IMG/VR virus record: IMGVR_UViG_3300050581_000228
Strand: one strand, 5' to 3'
DNA from: a virus
Lineage: Duplodnaviria; Heunggongvirae; Uroviricota; Caudoviricetes
Length of the DNA stretch: 64,000 nt
The notes below the pieces were generated by a model, which had not been told where the DNA came from, did not search any database, and saw nothing but the letters and a program-made list of their open reading frames with translations. A program made the translations under genes and the position numbers. Positions within the stretch are counted from its first letter, which is position 1. Every line of letters starts with the position of its first letter. Below, one piece after another: positions 9,183 to 16,690 of the stretch.

Positions 9183-9964
9183 ATTGGCAACTCCGTTGGA
9201 TTGTGGACCGCCGTGCCGTTCACCCAGTCGAACACGCGGAACTGCCCACCTTCCGTGATTCGCACGAAGCTATTGACCCGCTCGGCCCAGGTGCCACAGT
9301 TGTAGTGCCACTCGCCGATCCGACCTGGCTTGTGGGTATGTCCGCAGACCGTCACGTCGGCGATCGGCGGCATCTCTCGCAGGTTGCGGTTGATGGCCGT
9401 GAACCGATCGGGCTTGCCGCGCAGGCGGTTCCAGAAGCTCACGAGCTTCTCAAGACGCCCGACCGTCCGGTCTTCGACCGTGCGGTACTTGTCGAGCATC
9501 GGCCCATCGTTGCGATCCTCGGCAAGCCCTGAGTAGATCGCCGTGATCCGTCCGAGTCCGGGCGTATCGCTGGAGCAGAACGGATCGGCTTGGTGACCGT
9601 GGATGAATCGCACTGACTTGCCAGCGATCCTCTCCTCGTGTTCAGCGCACATCGTCGAGAAGAACGGATATTCCAGCCAACCTTCCTTGTGCATGAAGTA
9701 ATAAAGGTCGGCATCGTGATTCCCAAGGACGTAGATTGCCTCCATGTCCGCTAGGCGGTCCAGCAGCCGTTCACGATTCGTCAGAACCTTGCTGATGTTG
9801 CTCTGCCACAACTCGAACAGATCGCCGCAGATAATCAACCGGCCGTTGTTACCGTCAACCATTTTGAGGAAGCGCTTGAACTGCTTCTCGCGGTCGCCAT
9901 GCGCGAAGTTATCGCGCGGCCCGCCATCTCCCATGTGCAAATCGCTTATGCAGTAGGTTTGCAT
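9179..9964 (-). CDS. calcineurin-like metallophosphoesterase
   Basis: DLHMGDG, GDLFE, GNHD, GHTH motifs. Confidence 0.8.
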   Translation of the reverse strand: MQTYCISDLHMGDGGPRDNFAHGDREKQFKRFLKMVDGNNGRLIICGDLFELWQSNISKVLTNRERLLDRLADMEAIYVLGNHDADLYYFMHKEGWLEYPFFSTMCAEHEERIAGKSVRFIHGHQADPFCSSDTPGLGRITAIYSGLAEDRNDGPMLDKYRTVEDRTVGRLEKLVSFWNRLRGKPDRFTAINRNLREMPPIADVTVCGHTHKPGRIGEWHYNCGTWAERVNSFVRITEGGQFRVFDWVNGTAVHNPTELPI

Positions 9965-10100
9965 GTTGGCTCCAAGTCATCCGGGTGCCGGTCGAATTCG
10001 AGCCACTCGTTGAGTTGGCGTCGAATGACCGATTCGACGACCTCCAGATCGGCGTCGTCGGGCATGTTGTCAAGTTGCAGATGTACGGTGATGTTCATAA

Positions 10101-10172
10101 AAGCCAGCGGCAGGAATCGAACCTGCGCCCCGCTGATTACAAGTCAGCGGCTCTACCATTGAGCTACACTGG
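10101..10172 (-). tRNA. tRNA-Thr (anticodon TGT)
   Basis: Reverse complement folds as GCCAGTG-TA-GCTC/AATGGTA/GAGC-C-GCTGA/CTTGTAA/TCAGC-GGGGC-GCAGG/TTCGATT/CCTGC-CGCTGGC-T, a canonical cloverleaf of 72 nt. Confidence 0.8.
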
Positions 10173-10337
10173 CTCCAGCCCGATCAGACCTGCGCGTCGG
10201 CGCTGGTCGTCTCGGCCTGGTCGCACGTGGCCGCCTCGGCGGCTTCGGTGCTCTGCTGGGCCTCGGGAAGAGCCTGCTCTTCCGGCTGCGGGCCACTCTG
10301 GGTTTCGTCGTGCGTCATTGCGAGCACTCCTGTGGGG

Positions 10338-10511
10338 TTAGAAATGGGCAGGGCGTCCAGTGCGATTCGCAATCGCAAGTCCCTGCTTGATCGCCTTTTT
10401 CTTCGCCGCCTTGCGGCTGGCTGCATTGCCTGGCGAATAGGTGTAGACCTTGCCAGCTTCGCCATAGCGATAGCCGGGCTTTCCGTTTTGCGTCGTTCGT
10501 TGGATGGGCAT
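10338..10511 (-). CDS. small hypothetical protein (57 aa, below the ORF-track cutoff)
   Basis: MPIQRTTQNGKPGYRYGEAGKVYTYSPGNAASRKAAKKKAIKQGLAIANRTGRPAHF. Its ATG overlaps the TGA of the upstream HAD gene (ATGA coupling). Confidence 0.35.
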   Translation of the reverse strand: MPIQRTTQNGKPGYRYGEAGKVYTYSPGNAASRKAAKKKAIKQGLAIANRTGRPAHF

Positions 10512-11080
10512 CACAATCTCCCAAATTGCTCGCCGAGATAACTCATCGGGTCACGGCCGTGCAGCGAGTTCCACGGGCGCGGCACAAGAAGCGACGTGCC
10601 TCCCTGTTCTTGGAAAGCAGCGACGTTCTTATCGCTGTCGTCGATGAGCAGAGCGCCGGGCTTTGCGCAGAGATGCTTAGAAGGTCCGATGAGGAACTGC
10701 CTCTGCATCCATTTCGGAGCACACCGCTGAATCCACTCCAGCTTGCCGGCTAGGCAATCGGGGCTAAGCGTCGGACTGGTCAGGAAGTGGACGTTCTGCT
10801 TCCCGACCCTGGCCTCGGCCCAACCGACAATGAAGCCGAACTCCGGCGAGGGTGGCGTGCTAGCCCACAATTCGCGCGTAATCGAGTTCCAGAAGCCGGC
10901 CGGCGTGAAACGGTCATAACCCGCCAAGCGATTCGCGGCACTTACAATGTCCCAGCCGCACTCGACCGGATAGGCGGAATCATCCGGGTAGTGCAGGCCG
11001 AGATGGTCAAATACGTGTTTGTGGAAGACGTTGGAGACGCCATCAATGTCGAGCAAGATAGCTGTGATCTTTTGGCTCAT
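10511..11080 (-). CDS. HAD superfamily 5'-nucleotidase-like phosphatase (paralog of 3691..4209)
   Basis: Start MSQKITAILLDIDGV. LLIDDSDKNV and LLVPRPWNSL match LLIDD and LCPRPWNSL of the first copy. Confidence 0.6.
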   Translation of the reverse strand: MSQKITAILLDIDGVSNVFHKHVFDHLGLHYPDDSAYPVECGWDIVSAANRLAGYDRFTPAGFWNSITRELWASTPPSPEFGFIVGWAEARVGKQNVHFLTSPTLSPDCLAGKLEWIQRCAPKWMQRQFLIGPSKHLCAKPGALLIDDSDKNVAAFQEQGGTSLLVPRPWNSLHGRDPMSYLGEQFGRL

Positions 11081-11750
11081 TTCTGTACTCCGGGCGTCGA
11101 TCCTTGAGACGCTCGAATAGCTTCTTTCGCCGTTTTGTGATGGTCGAATGACTGGACATGCCGACCGCCTTTGCGATCTCGCTATCCGTGTGCTCAGCAC
11201 TCTTCATCTCGACGATCTTCACGTCGATCTCATCGCGGCAAGATGCCCTGATCTCATCCTCAAGCTCGTGGCCGGCGGCAATGTCAACCGTGGATAGCCG
11301 TGAGAAGCAGGATTCCGTAGCCTTTAGCCCAACTGCTCGTGGAGGCGTAATCGGTTTTCCCTGCTGACGTGCCAGCTTTTGGGTTTCGTGCGGCACAACG
11401 ATTGTTGACTCCTCGTCCGCGACCTTTGCCAAATGATTGTCGATGGCGGTGTAGATGTACCCCGTGGGATTGGGTTTCTTCACGCGGCCCTTCTTTTGCA
11501 TCATGTCAACCGCCTCACACAACCCGACCAGACCTGCTGACACGAGGTCGTCACGGAAGAATGTGAAGTGGGGACACTCGCGCAAAAAGGCTTCCACTCG
11601 CACGATGACGAGCGCCATGTTGCCTTGAATCATCTCGTCGCGCGCGGCTTGGTCGCCTTGAACAAGACGCTCGTAGAGTGCGTTGTTCTTTTCACGCGAC
11701 AATGGCTCGCTGTAGCCCGCAGCCCGACTCTGTTCCAGTAAACTCTTCAT
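11043..11750 (-). CDS. sigma-70 family RNA polymerase sigma factor
   Basis: Region 2-like ALYERLVQGDQAARDEMIQGNMALV. Region 4 HTH SEIAKAVGMSSHSTITKRRKKLFERL. Confidence 0.7.
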   Translation of the reverse strand: MKSLLEQSRAAGYSEPLSREKNNALYERLVQGDQAARDEMIQGNMALVIVRVEAFLRECPHFTFFRDDLVSAGLVGLCEAVDMMQKKGRVKKPNPTGYIYTAIDNHLAKVADEESTIVVPHETQKLARQQGKPITPPRAVGLKATESCFSRLSTVDIAAGHELEDEIRASCRDEIDVKIVEMKSAEHTDSEIAKAVGMSSHSTITKRRKKLFERLKDRRPEYRNEPKDHSYLARH

Positions 11751-12262
11751 GGTGTGATGCGATCCACTCGCCAAATGCAGCTTGTGTAGTAGCCACGCTC
11801 CTCACAGGCTTCACGCGAGTAGGGAAACGCACTTCCTTCGGGATCAAAGATGACTCCGGTGTCGTAGGCAATTACATGGGTGCCCCGAGGGCCGTAGCAC
11901 TCAATAACGCCACGGGAAATCAGCAAGTGACGAGTGAATCTGCTCCAATTGTCTTTCTCGATGCCGATAACAACCTGCCGTGTGCGGTCGCAGGCTGGTA
12001 TGATTGCCGGCCGCAACGGAACCGGCGTAACGGCGCATCCCATGTCCAGTGCGGCCTCGGCCAACTCGTAGATGTTATGGCCGCGACGGCAGGCTGGCTC
12101 TGGAAGATCGGGGAAGATGATTTCGCTGCCGTCGTGGCCGACGCGCCGCATCAGGTCCATGACCGAGATGTCCAGCGCCATTGCAAACGCCGTCACGGCG
12201 CACTGCCATCGCTCAGGTTTCTTCTGCAACTTCACGTTCCGCCTCCAAGCGATCGAGTTCAT
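11747..12262 (-). CDS. hypothetical protein (Cys/His pattern suggests a possible papain-like peptidase fold)
   Basis: ERWQCAVTAFAMAL ... GTHVIAYDTGVIFDP; weak. Confidence 0.35.
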   Translation of the reverse strand: MNSIAWRRNVKLQKKPERWQCAVTAFAMALDISVMDLMRRVGHDGSEIIFPDLPEPACRRGHNIYELAEAALDMGCAVTPVPLRPAIIPACDRTRQVVIGIEKDNWSRFTRHLLISRGVIECYGPRGTHVIAYDTGVIFDPEGSAFPYSREACEERGYYTSCIWRVDRITP

Positions 12263-12629
12263 CGAGCAGTTCGTCGATGTCTGGAGGCTGCCAGGACGGC
12301 TTCCAGAACTGACGCCAGTTCGGCGGCGCGAACAGCTTGTCGTATTCCTCTTGGGTCGCGGCCGTTAGAATCCAGATGCCGCAACCGAACCGCTCCCACA
12401 CGGGCCACTTGATCTTCTGCTCGCGTGTGAAGCTGTATTTGCCGGGGTTCTTTACGTCGATCCACCGGCCGCCCCATTTGGGATGGTGGCAATAGAGATC
12501 GGGGATGCCATACTGGTAGGCGTTCCCGACCATGCGTTCGACAAGCCAACCGCGCGTTCTGAGGAACGTGATGAGGTCGCGCTGGATGTACCATTCCGGC
12601 CCGTGCTTGGGCCGTCCCAGCCGCTTCAT
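12213..12629 (-). CDS. VRR-NUC domain nuclease
   Basis: QRDLITFLRTRGWLVERM...YGIPDLYCHH...RWIDVKNPG, i.e. PD...(D/E)xK in a VRR-NUC arrangement. Confidence 0.7.
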   Translation of the reverse strand: MKRLGRPKHGPEWYIQRDLITFLRTRGWLVERMVGNAYQYGIPDLYCHHPKWGGRWIDVKNPGKYSFTREQKIKWPVWERFGCGIWILTAATQEEYDKLFAPPNWRQFWKPSWQPPDIDELLDELDRLEAEREVAEET

Positions 12630-12925
12630 TCCTCAAGAACAGTGAACTGCTTTGGATGGGCCTTCACGGCGTCCAGGTCGATCGTGAATCTGGCGGTATG
12701 GTCCTTCCCGAAGCCGATCAGGGCCTCGCAGAATGGACCGTAGCGCCTCGTCACGCGAGGCGCGTCGTCCAGGACCATGCCCGCTGGGATCACGATGTCT
12801 TCTTCGACTCGGATTTTCATTTCCTCTCCGATTTCTTCTCCGGTCCTTTGTTTTGCGTCTTTGCGATCGGCTTCTTCCTGCCGAACAGTCTCCCGAATAG
12901 CCAGCGGATAAGCCGCCAGTACCAC
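12626..12925 (-). CDS. hypothetical protein
   Basis: Open frame in the operon; no motif recognised. The true start may be the internal MKIRVEED. Confidence 0.3.
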   Translation of the reverse strand: MVLAAYPLAIRETVRQEEADRKDAKQRTGEEIGEEMKIRVEEDIVIPAGMVLDDAPRVTRRYGPFCEALIGFGKDHTARFTIDLDAVKAHPKQFTVLEE

Positions 12926-13242
12926 GGCCAGATCATGGGGTCCAGCACCGTGCCGTTGTCCCAGATCACCGTCTTCGTTTCCTTGCCGTCCAGTTGCGTG
13001 ACCCGCAGGATTCGGGTCTTATCTTTCTTACGGCGAATTCGAGCCTGATGAAGCGCCATCTTGAGGGCCTTCATCTCAGCCGGCCGAAGGTTCTTGACCA
13101 CACCAACCTCGATGCGAGGCCAAGGGAACCACCACCGCCGCCAGACCTTCGCCACGGACCACACGTAGTCCGGGCTGAACGTCAGAACGTTGTCGTAGTC
13201 GGAAACAGCGGCAAGGTAGGCTTGAATCTTGAAGACGGTCAC
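12817..13242 (-). CDS. hypothetical protein
   Basis: 141 aa, Trp-rich (WRRWWFPWPRIEV); no motif recognised. Confidence 0.3.
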   Translation of the reverse strand: MTVFKIQAYLAAVSDYDNVLTFSPDYVWSVAKVWRRWWFPWPRIEVGVVKNLRPAEMKALKMALHQARIRRKKDKTRILRVTQLDGKETKTVIWDNGTVLDPMIWPWYWRLIRWLFGRLFGRKKPIAKTQNKGPEKKSERK

Positions 13243-13243
13243 G

Positions 13244-15820
13244 CTACATCATCTCCGGCGCGCGAATCTTGACCTTCTCCGCTCCGTCCTTCTTCTCCGC
13301 CCAATTGGCCATCTCCTCGAACCAGGACATGCCGATTAGCGGCACCTTGTCGCGGTAGGACTCCACGACTCTACGAACCGTTGCCGTCACCTGCTTCACG
13401 ACGCTTGGGTGCGTGCTGCACATGAGTTCGTCATGGACGTTCATCGGGCCGACGAGAAGCTCATGGATTCCCGCTGGCTGGATGTCCCAGATCGCCCGCT
13501 GCACGGCCTTCGTGATCTGGCCGCCGGGCGACTGAATCTCATGGTTGGCCGCCGCTCGCATGTTGGCGGCTTGAATCTGGAAGGCGGCTCCGTACAAGGC
13601 GCTGGCAACGGCACCGCCGGCGGTCTGAATCCTGTCATTGCGATGGACCTTGACTGGGTGGTTCCGCCAGCCTTTCGGCGGTTTCCGAGCAAGCTCAAAC
13701 AGCGCCCGGCAAATCTTGTTCTCCAGGGTGAAGTAGCGGCGGAAGCCCAGGAAGCTCTCGACGTACTCGGCCGGCTCGTCCCACACGACCTGCGAGCCGA
13801 TGCCGCCGGGTTGCTTCATCGAGCAGAACTTCCTTATGGTTCGCTCGCGGGCCTTGCCGATGCCCTTATACCGATTGGCCCATTCCTCGTGAGCTTTCTT
13901 CGCCTGCGCCTCGTTGATGCTCAGATTGCGTTGCAGCGTCTTTTCGTTGCCGCCGTAAATCTCGGCGAAGACGCCGCTCTTGCCCTTCTTGTACTTCTCC
14001 TTGTCCGCGACCACTTCCTCGTAGCTGCAATCGAAGAGAACCATGCCGAAGAGGGCGTGAATCTTCTTGGTTCCAATGCCGGTCCCATCGCACTCCTCGC
14101 ATTCATGTGTGCCAGCGCCGTGGCACTTCCTGCACTTCTTCGATGAGCACTTGCCAGTACCGTTGCAGTCGATGCAAGGTGCCTTGGTAACAAGGGTCTT
14201 GCGAATCTCAGGATCGTTGTAAACCGCATCGGCGATCGTGACCTCGAAGCTGTCGAAGTCGCCTCCGCAGAGGTTGTAGCCCGGCCAAGCCAGTGGGAAC
14301 ATGCAGCGGACTTCATCCGATCCCTTGATCCCTTGGGCGTTCAGGCCATCGCCGCCGCTCATGCGGTTGCTGAGCGTGCCCACGATGTTGAAGCTCGCGT
14401 GGAACTTGCCAGCGAAGATCAACTTGGTGAAAAGCTCGACCTCCTTGATCGCGTGCTTGACATTCAGCAAGTCTTTAGCTCGCACAGCGGCGGGGTGAGG
14501 CTCACCGGCCTTGAGATGGCCGCGCCCGCGACACCGCTGGCAGACGCCACCCTCATACCTTCCGGTTCTATCGCACTTCATGCAGAACTCGTGGACGTGG
14601 ATGCCGTCCCATCCTTCAACGCCATCGGTGCCGATGTCATCTTCCTCGTCGTCTTCGATGACCTGGTACTTCTCGACCTTTTCGAGGTTCTGCTTCTTGG
14701 TAGACTCTTGAATCTTGAGGCTTTCGGTGTCGTCCATGACTTCCATCAGGTAGGCACGGACGGCGGCCGGCTTATTGATGTTGACGGGAGAGGCCGCAAC
14801 CACGGCCTGGGCCTTGGCCAACAACTCCGTCATCCCTTCGACGTTGATGGTGAAACCGCGCCAACGAATAACGGGCACCATGCACGCCAAGATCGAATCG
14901 TCATCGCCCGGCGTCGGAAAGCCGAAATGTTCATCGAGCGCTCGCGTGTAAACGATGTCGTCGGTTGCGTAGTCGCGGGCATCTGTCCGCGCTGCCCAGT
15001 GCTCGATGAAGTGATGGATGACAGCCGGCCACGCTCGGCCCGCGAGCTTCTGCTTGCCATCTTTTTCAATCCACACTTCCCAGTTCTTCTCCGGGCTGCT
15101 CACGGCCAGGGCAGTCGGGGCGTAGCCGAGTTCGTAAGGTCGCCACGCGGGGTCCGGTTCAACGTCCTTGTAGTGATACTTGGGCGTCAAGCCCATCGCA
15201 TGTTCCGCAAGGAACTTCAGTCCGCCGGCCGGATTGAATCGCAGCACGACATCCTTGAAGTCGGGGTCCACCAAGCCCGTTTTCGTATCGCGGCGATCAA
15301 ACGCCTGCCACTTGGGCGCGTCCTTGTCGGCGCTCTTGGCGAAGTAGATGTCGTCAAGCTCGATCCGCTGCTCCAACTCCTGCGCCAGGGCATAGGCCAG
15401 TGCGGTGGGCACTTTCCGAATCCTGATGTCCTCGCGGGCCATCAGGCTTTGATACGGTCCCTTGCGGGAGTGTAACAGGAGATCGAGGGCGCTAGCCGGC
15501 TTCACGCACGGGCCATCCTTACCCTTCGGTTCCAGCAGCGCGATCTCCTCGATATGCTCGCAAGGAATCCAATCGGGTTTCGCCAAGCGGAATGTCGTGT
15601 AGCACTTGACGATGTGAAACCAGTCGAACGCCAGGTTGAACCCGACAACGGTATGCTGGCAAATCCATTCGATCAAGGAAAGAGTCTCGGAGATTGGCCG
15701 CCGCCAAACCTCGTGGAGGACAATGGGACCATCTTCCTCAGCGTACTGGAGGAGCACCATTTGGGAATGCAGCCCGCACGTCTCCGTATCGAGGTAGACT
15801 TTCGATGGAAAGTCACTCAT
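13244..15820 (-). CDS. family A DNA polymerase with 3'-5' exonuclease domain and DnaJ-type CxxCxGxG zinc-finger insertions
   Basis: Exo I VYLDTETCGL. Motif A GGDFDSFEVTIADAV. Motif B KEKYKKGKSGVFAEIYGG. Motif C VHDELM. Inserts CMKCDRTGRYEGGVCQRCRGRGH and CIDCNGTGKCSSKKCRKCHGAGTHECEECDGTG. Confidence 0.9.
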   Translation of the reverse strand: MSDFPSKVYLDTETCGLHSQMVLLQYAEEDGPIVLHEVWRRPISETLSLIEWICQHTVVGFNLAFDWFHIVKCYTTFRLAKPDWIPCEHIEEIALLEPKGKDGPCVKPASALDLLLHSRKGPYQSLMAREDIRIRKVPTALAYALAQELEQRIELDDIYFAKSADKDAPKWQAFDRRDTKTGLVDPDFKDVVLRFNPAGGLKFLAEHAMGLTPKYHYKDVEPDPAWRPYELGYAPTALAVSSPEKNWEVWIEKDGKQKLAGRAWPAVIHHFIEHWAARTDARDYATDDIVYTRALDEHFGFPTPGDDDSILACMVPVIRWRGFTINVEGMTELLAKAQAVVAASPVNINKPAAVRAYLMEVMDDTESLKIQESTKKQNLEKVEKYQVIEDDEEDDIGTDGVEGWDGIHVHEFCMKCDRTGRYEGGVCQRCRGRGHLKAGEPHPAAVRAKDLLNVKHAIKEVELFTKLIFAGKFHASFNIVGTLSNRMSGGDGLNAQGIKGSDEVRCMFPLAWPGYNLCGGDFDSFEVTIADAVYNDPEIRKTLVTKAPCIDCNGTGKCSSKKCRKCHGAGTHECEECDGTGIGTKKIHALFGMVLFDCSYEEVVADKEKYKKGKSGVFAEIYGGNEKTLQRNLSINEAQAKKAHEEWANRYKGIGKARERTIRKFCSMKQPGGIGSQVVWDEPAEYVESFLGFRRYFTLENKICRALFELARKPPKGWRNHPVKVHRNDRIQTAGGAVASALYGAAFQIQAANMRAAANHEIQSPGGQITKAVQRAIWDIQPAGIHELLVGPMNVHDELMCSTHPSVVKQVTATVRRVVESYRDKVPLIGMSWFEEMANWAEKKDGAEKVKIRAPEMM

Positions 15821-16139
15821 CGTCATCCTCATCGTGCGGTAGGAATGGACAGCACTCCCAGGCATCTGGATATTCACCTAGTTCCTGGAGCTTTGCCAAA
15901 GCACTCCGAACAGCGAATACGGCGTTGTCGCACTGCTCTTGTGCAACGTGCCATCCTTTACAACGACACACGTCCTCGAAGTCATCTTCACACTCGTAGG
16001 CCACCTCGATAGCGCAGGCATAATCCTGCCAGGCTTGAGCAATGTGACGAAAGCGGCCACATTCACAAGTGAGTCGCCTCACGCGAATCAGGAGACAAGT
16101 GGTGATAGCCAGGAATAGAACACTTATCAGTAGGATCAT
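15813..16139 (-). CDS. hypothetical membrane-anchored Cys-rich protein
   Basis: N-terminal TM segment MILLISVLFLAITTCLLI; acidic C-terminus; several Cys pairs. Confidence 0.35.
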   Translation of the reverse strand: MILLISVLFLAITTCLLIRVRRLTCECGRFRHIAQAWQDYACAIEVAYECEDDFEDVCRCKGWHVAQEQCDNAVFAVRSALAKLQELGEYPDAWECCPFLPHDEDDDE

Positions 16140-16141
16140 GG

Positions 16142-16537
16142 TTATGGCACTTTCGGCCGAGGCGTGAACACCTTGTAGCCGTCCTCGTCGTAGGTCAAAT
16201 CAGAGTAGTAGCGTTTGTCGATGGATCGTTGTTCGGCCTCTTGCTCAAGCATGAACCGCTCGTAACGTTCCTCAGCATCCCACGCCTTCAGTGCTTGCTT
16301 GAGTGTTGGAAAGATGCCCAAGAGCGCGCCCCGGTAGGTGGCCCTAGCGCGATCGCCAACGACCTCAACGCCCTCGCCGAATGGCAGGAGTCGTCGGGCC
16401 TTGGGCGGCGGAATAGGCCGTTTCTGGGCAATCGCTTCCTTGACGGTTTCTGCTTCGTCCTCTTCAAGGCGATAGATCACCTTGCCGTTCGGCAGCTTGA
16501 CAGCGAATTGGAAGTCGTTCTCGTATTGCTCGTACAT
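16142..16537 (-). CDS. hypothetical protein
   Basis: 131 aa ORF with an ATG start; no motif recognised. Confidence 0.4.
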   Translation of the reverse strand: MYEQYENDFQFAVKLPNGKVIYRLEEDEAETVKEAIAQKRPIPPPKARRLLPFGEGVEVVGDRARATYRGALLGIFPTLKQALKAWDAEERYERFMLEQEAEQRSIDKRYYSDLTYDEDGYKVFTPRPKVP

Positions 16538-16547
16538 GGTGTAAGCT

Positions 16548-16670
16548 CAGAGGGCCTCGGCATTCCACACGGCTTCCGCGTGCCACGCGGGTGTCACCGT
16601 TACAGCCTGGCTAAGGCAGTCCTAGTCATTGGCCGTGCGGTCTATAGGTTCAGCGCAGTTGCGCGCCGAG
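16548..16670 (-). ncRNA. candidate structured RNA in the rsr 3' intergenic region (14 bp perfect inverted repeat closing a roughly 95 nt domain; contains UGACUAG)
   Basis: CAGAGGGCCTCGGC at about 16548-16561 pairs with GCCGAGGCCCTCTG at about 16657-16670. The minus-strand RNA contains CAAUGACUAGGAC. Strand is assigned by context. Coordinates carry about 8 nt uncertainty because of the display/ORF-track discrepancy here. Confidence 0.3.
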
Positions 16671-16690
16671 GCCCTCTGATGATTCAGGGC

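Noticed and set aside
14333-15475. 380 aa plus-strand ORF
   Set aside because: Antisense shadow of the DNA polymerase gene.
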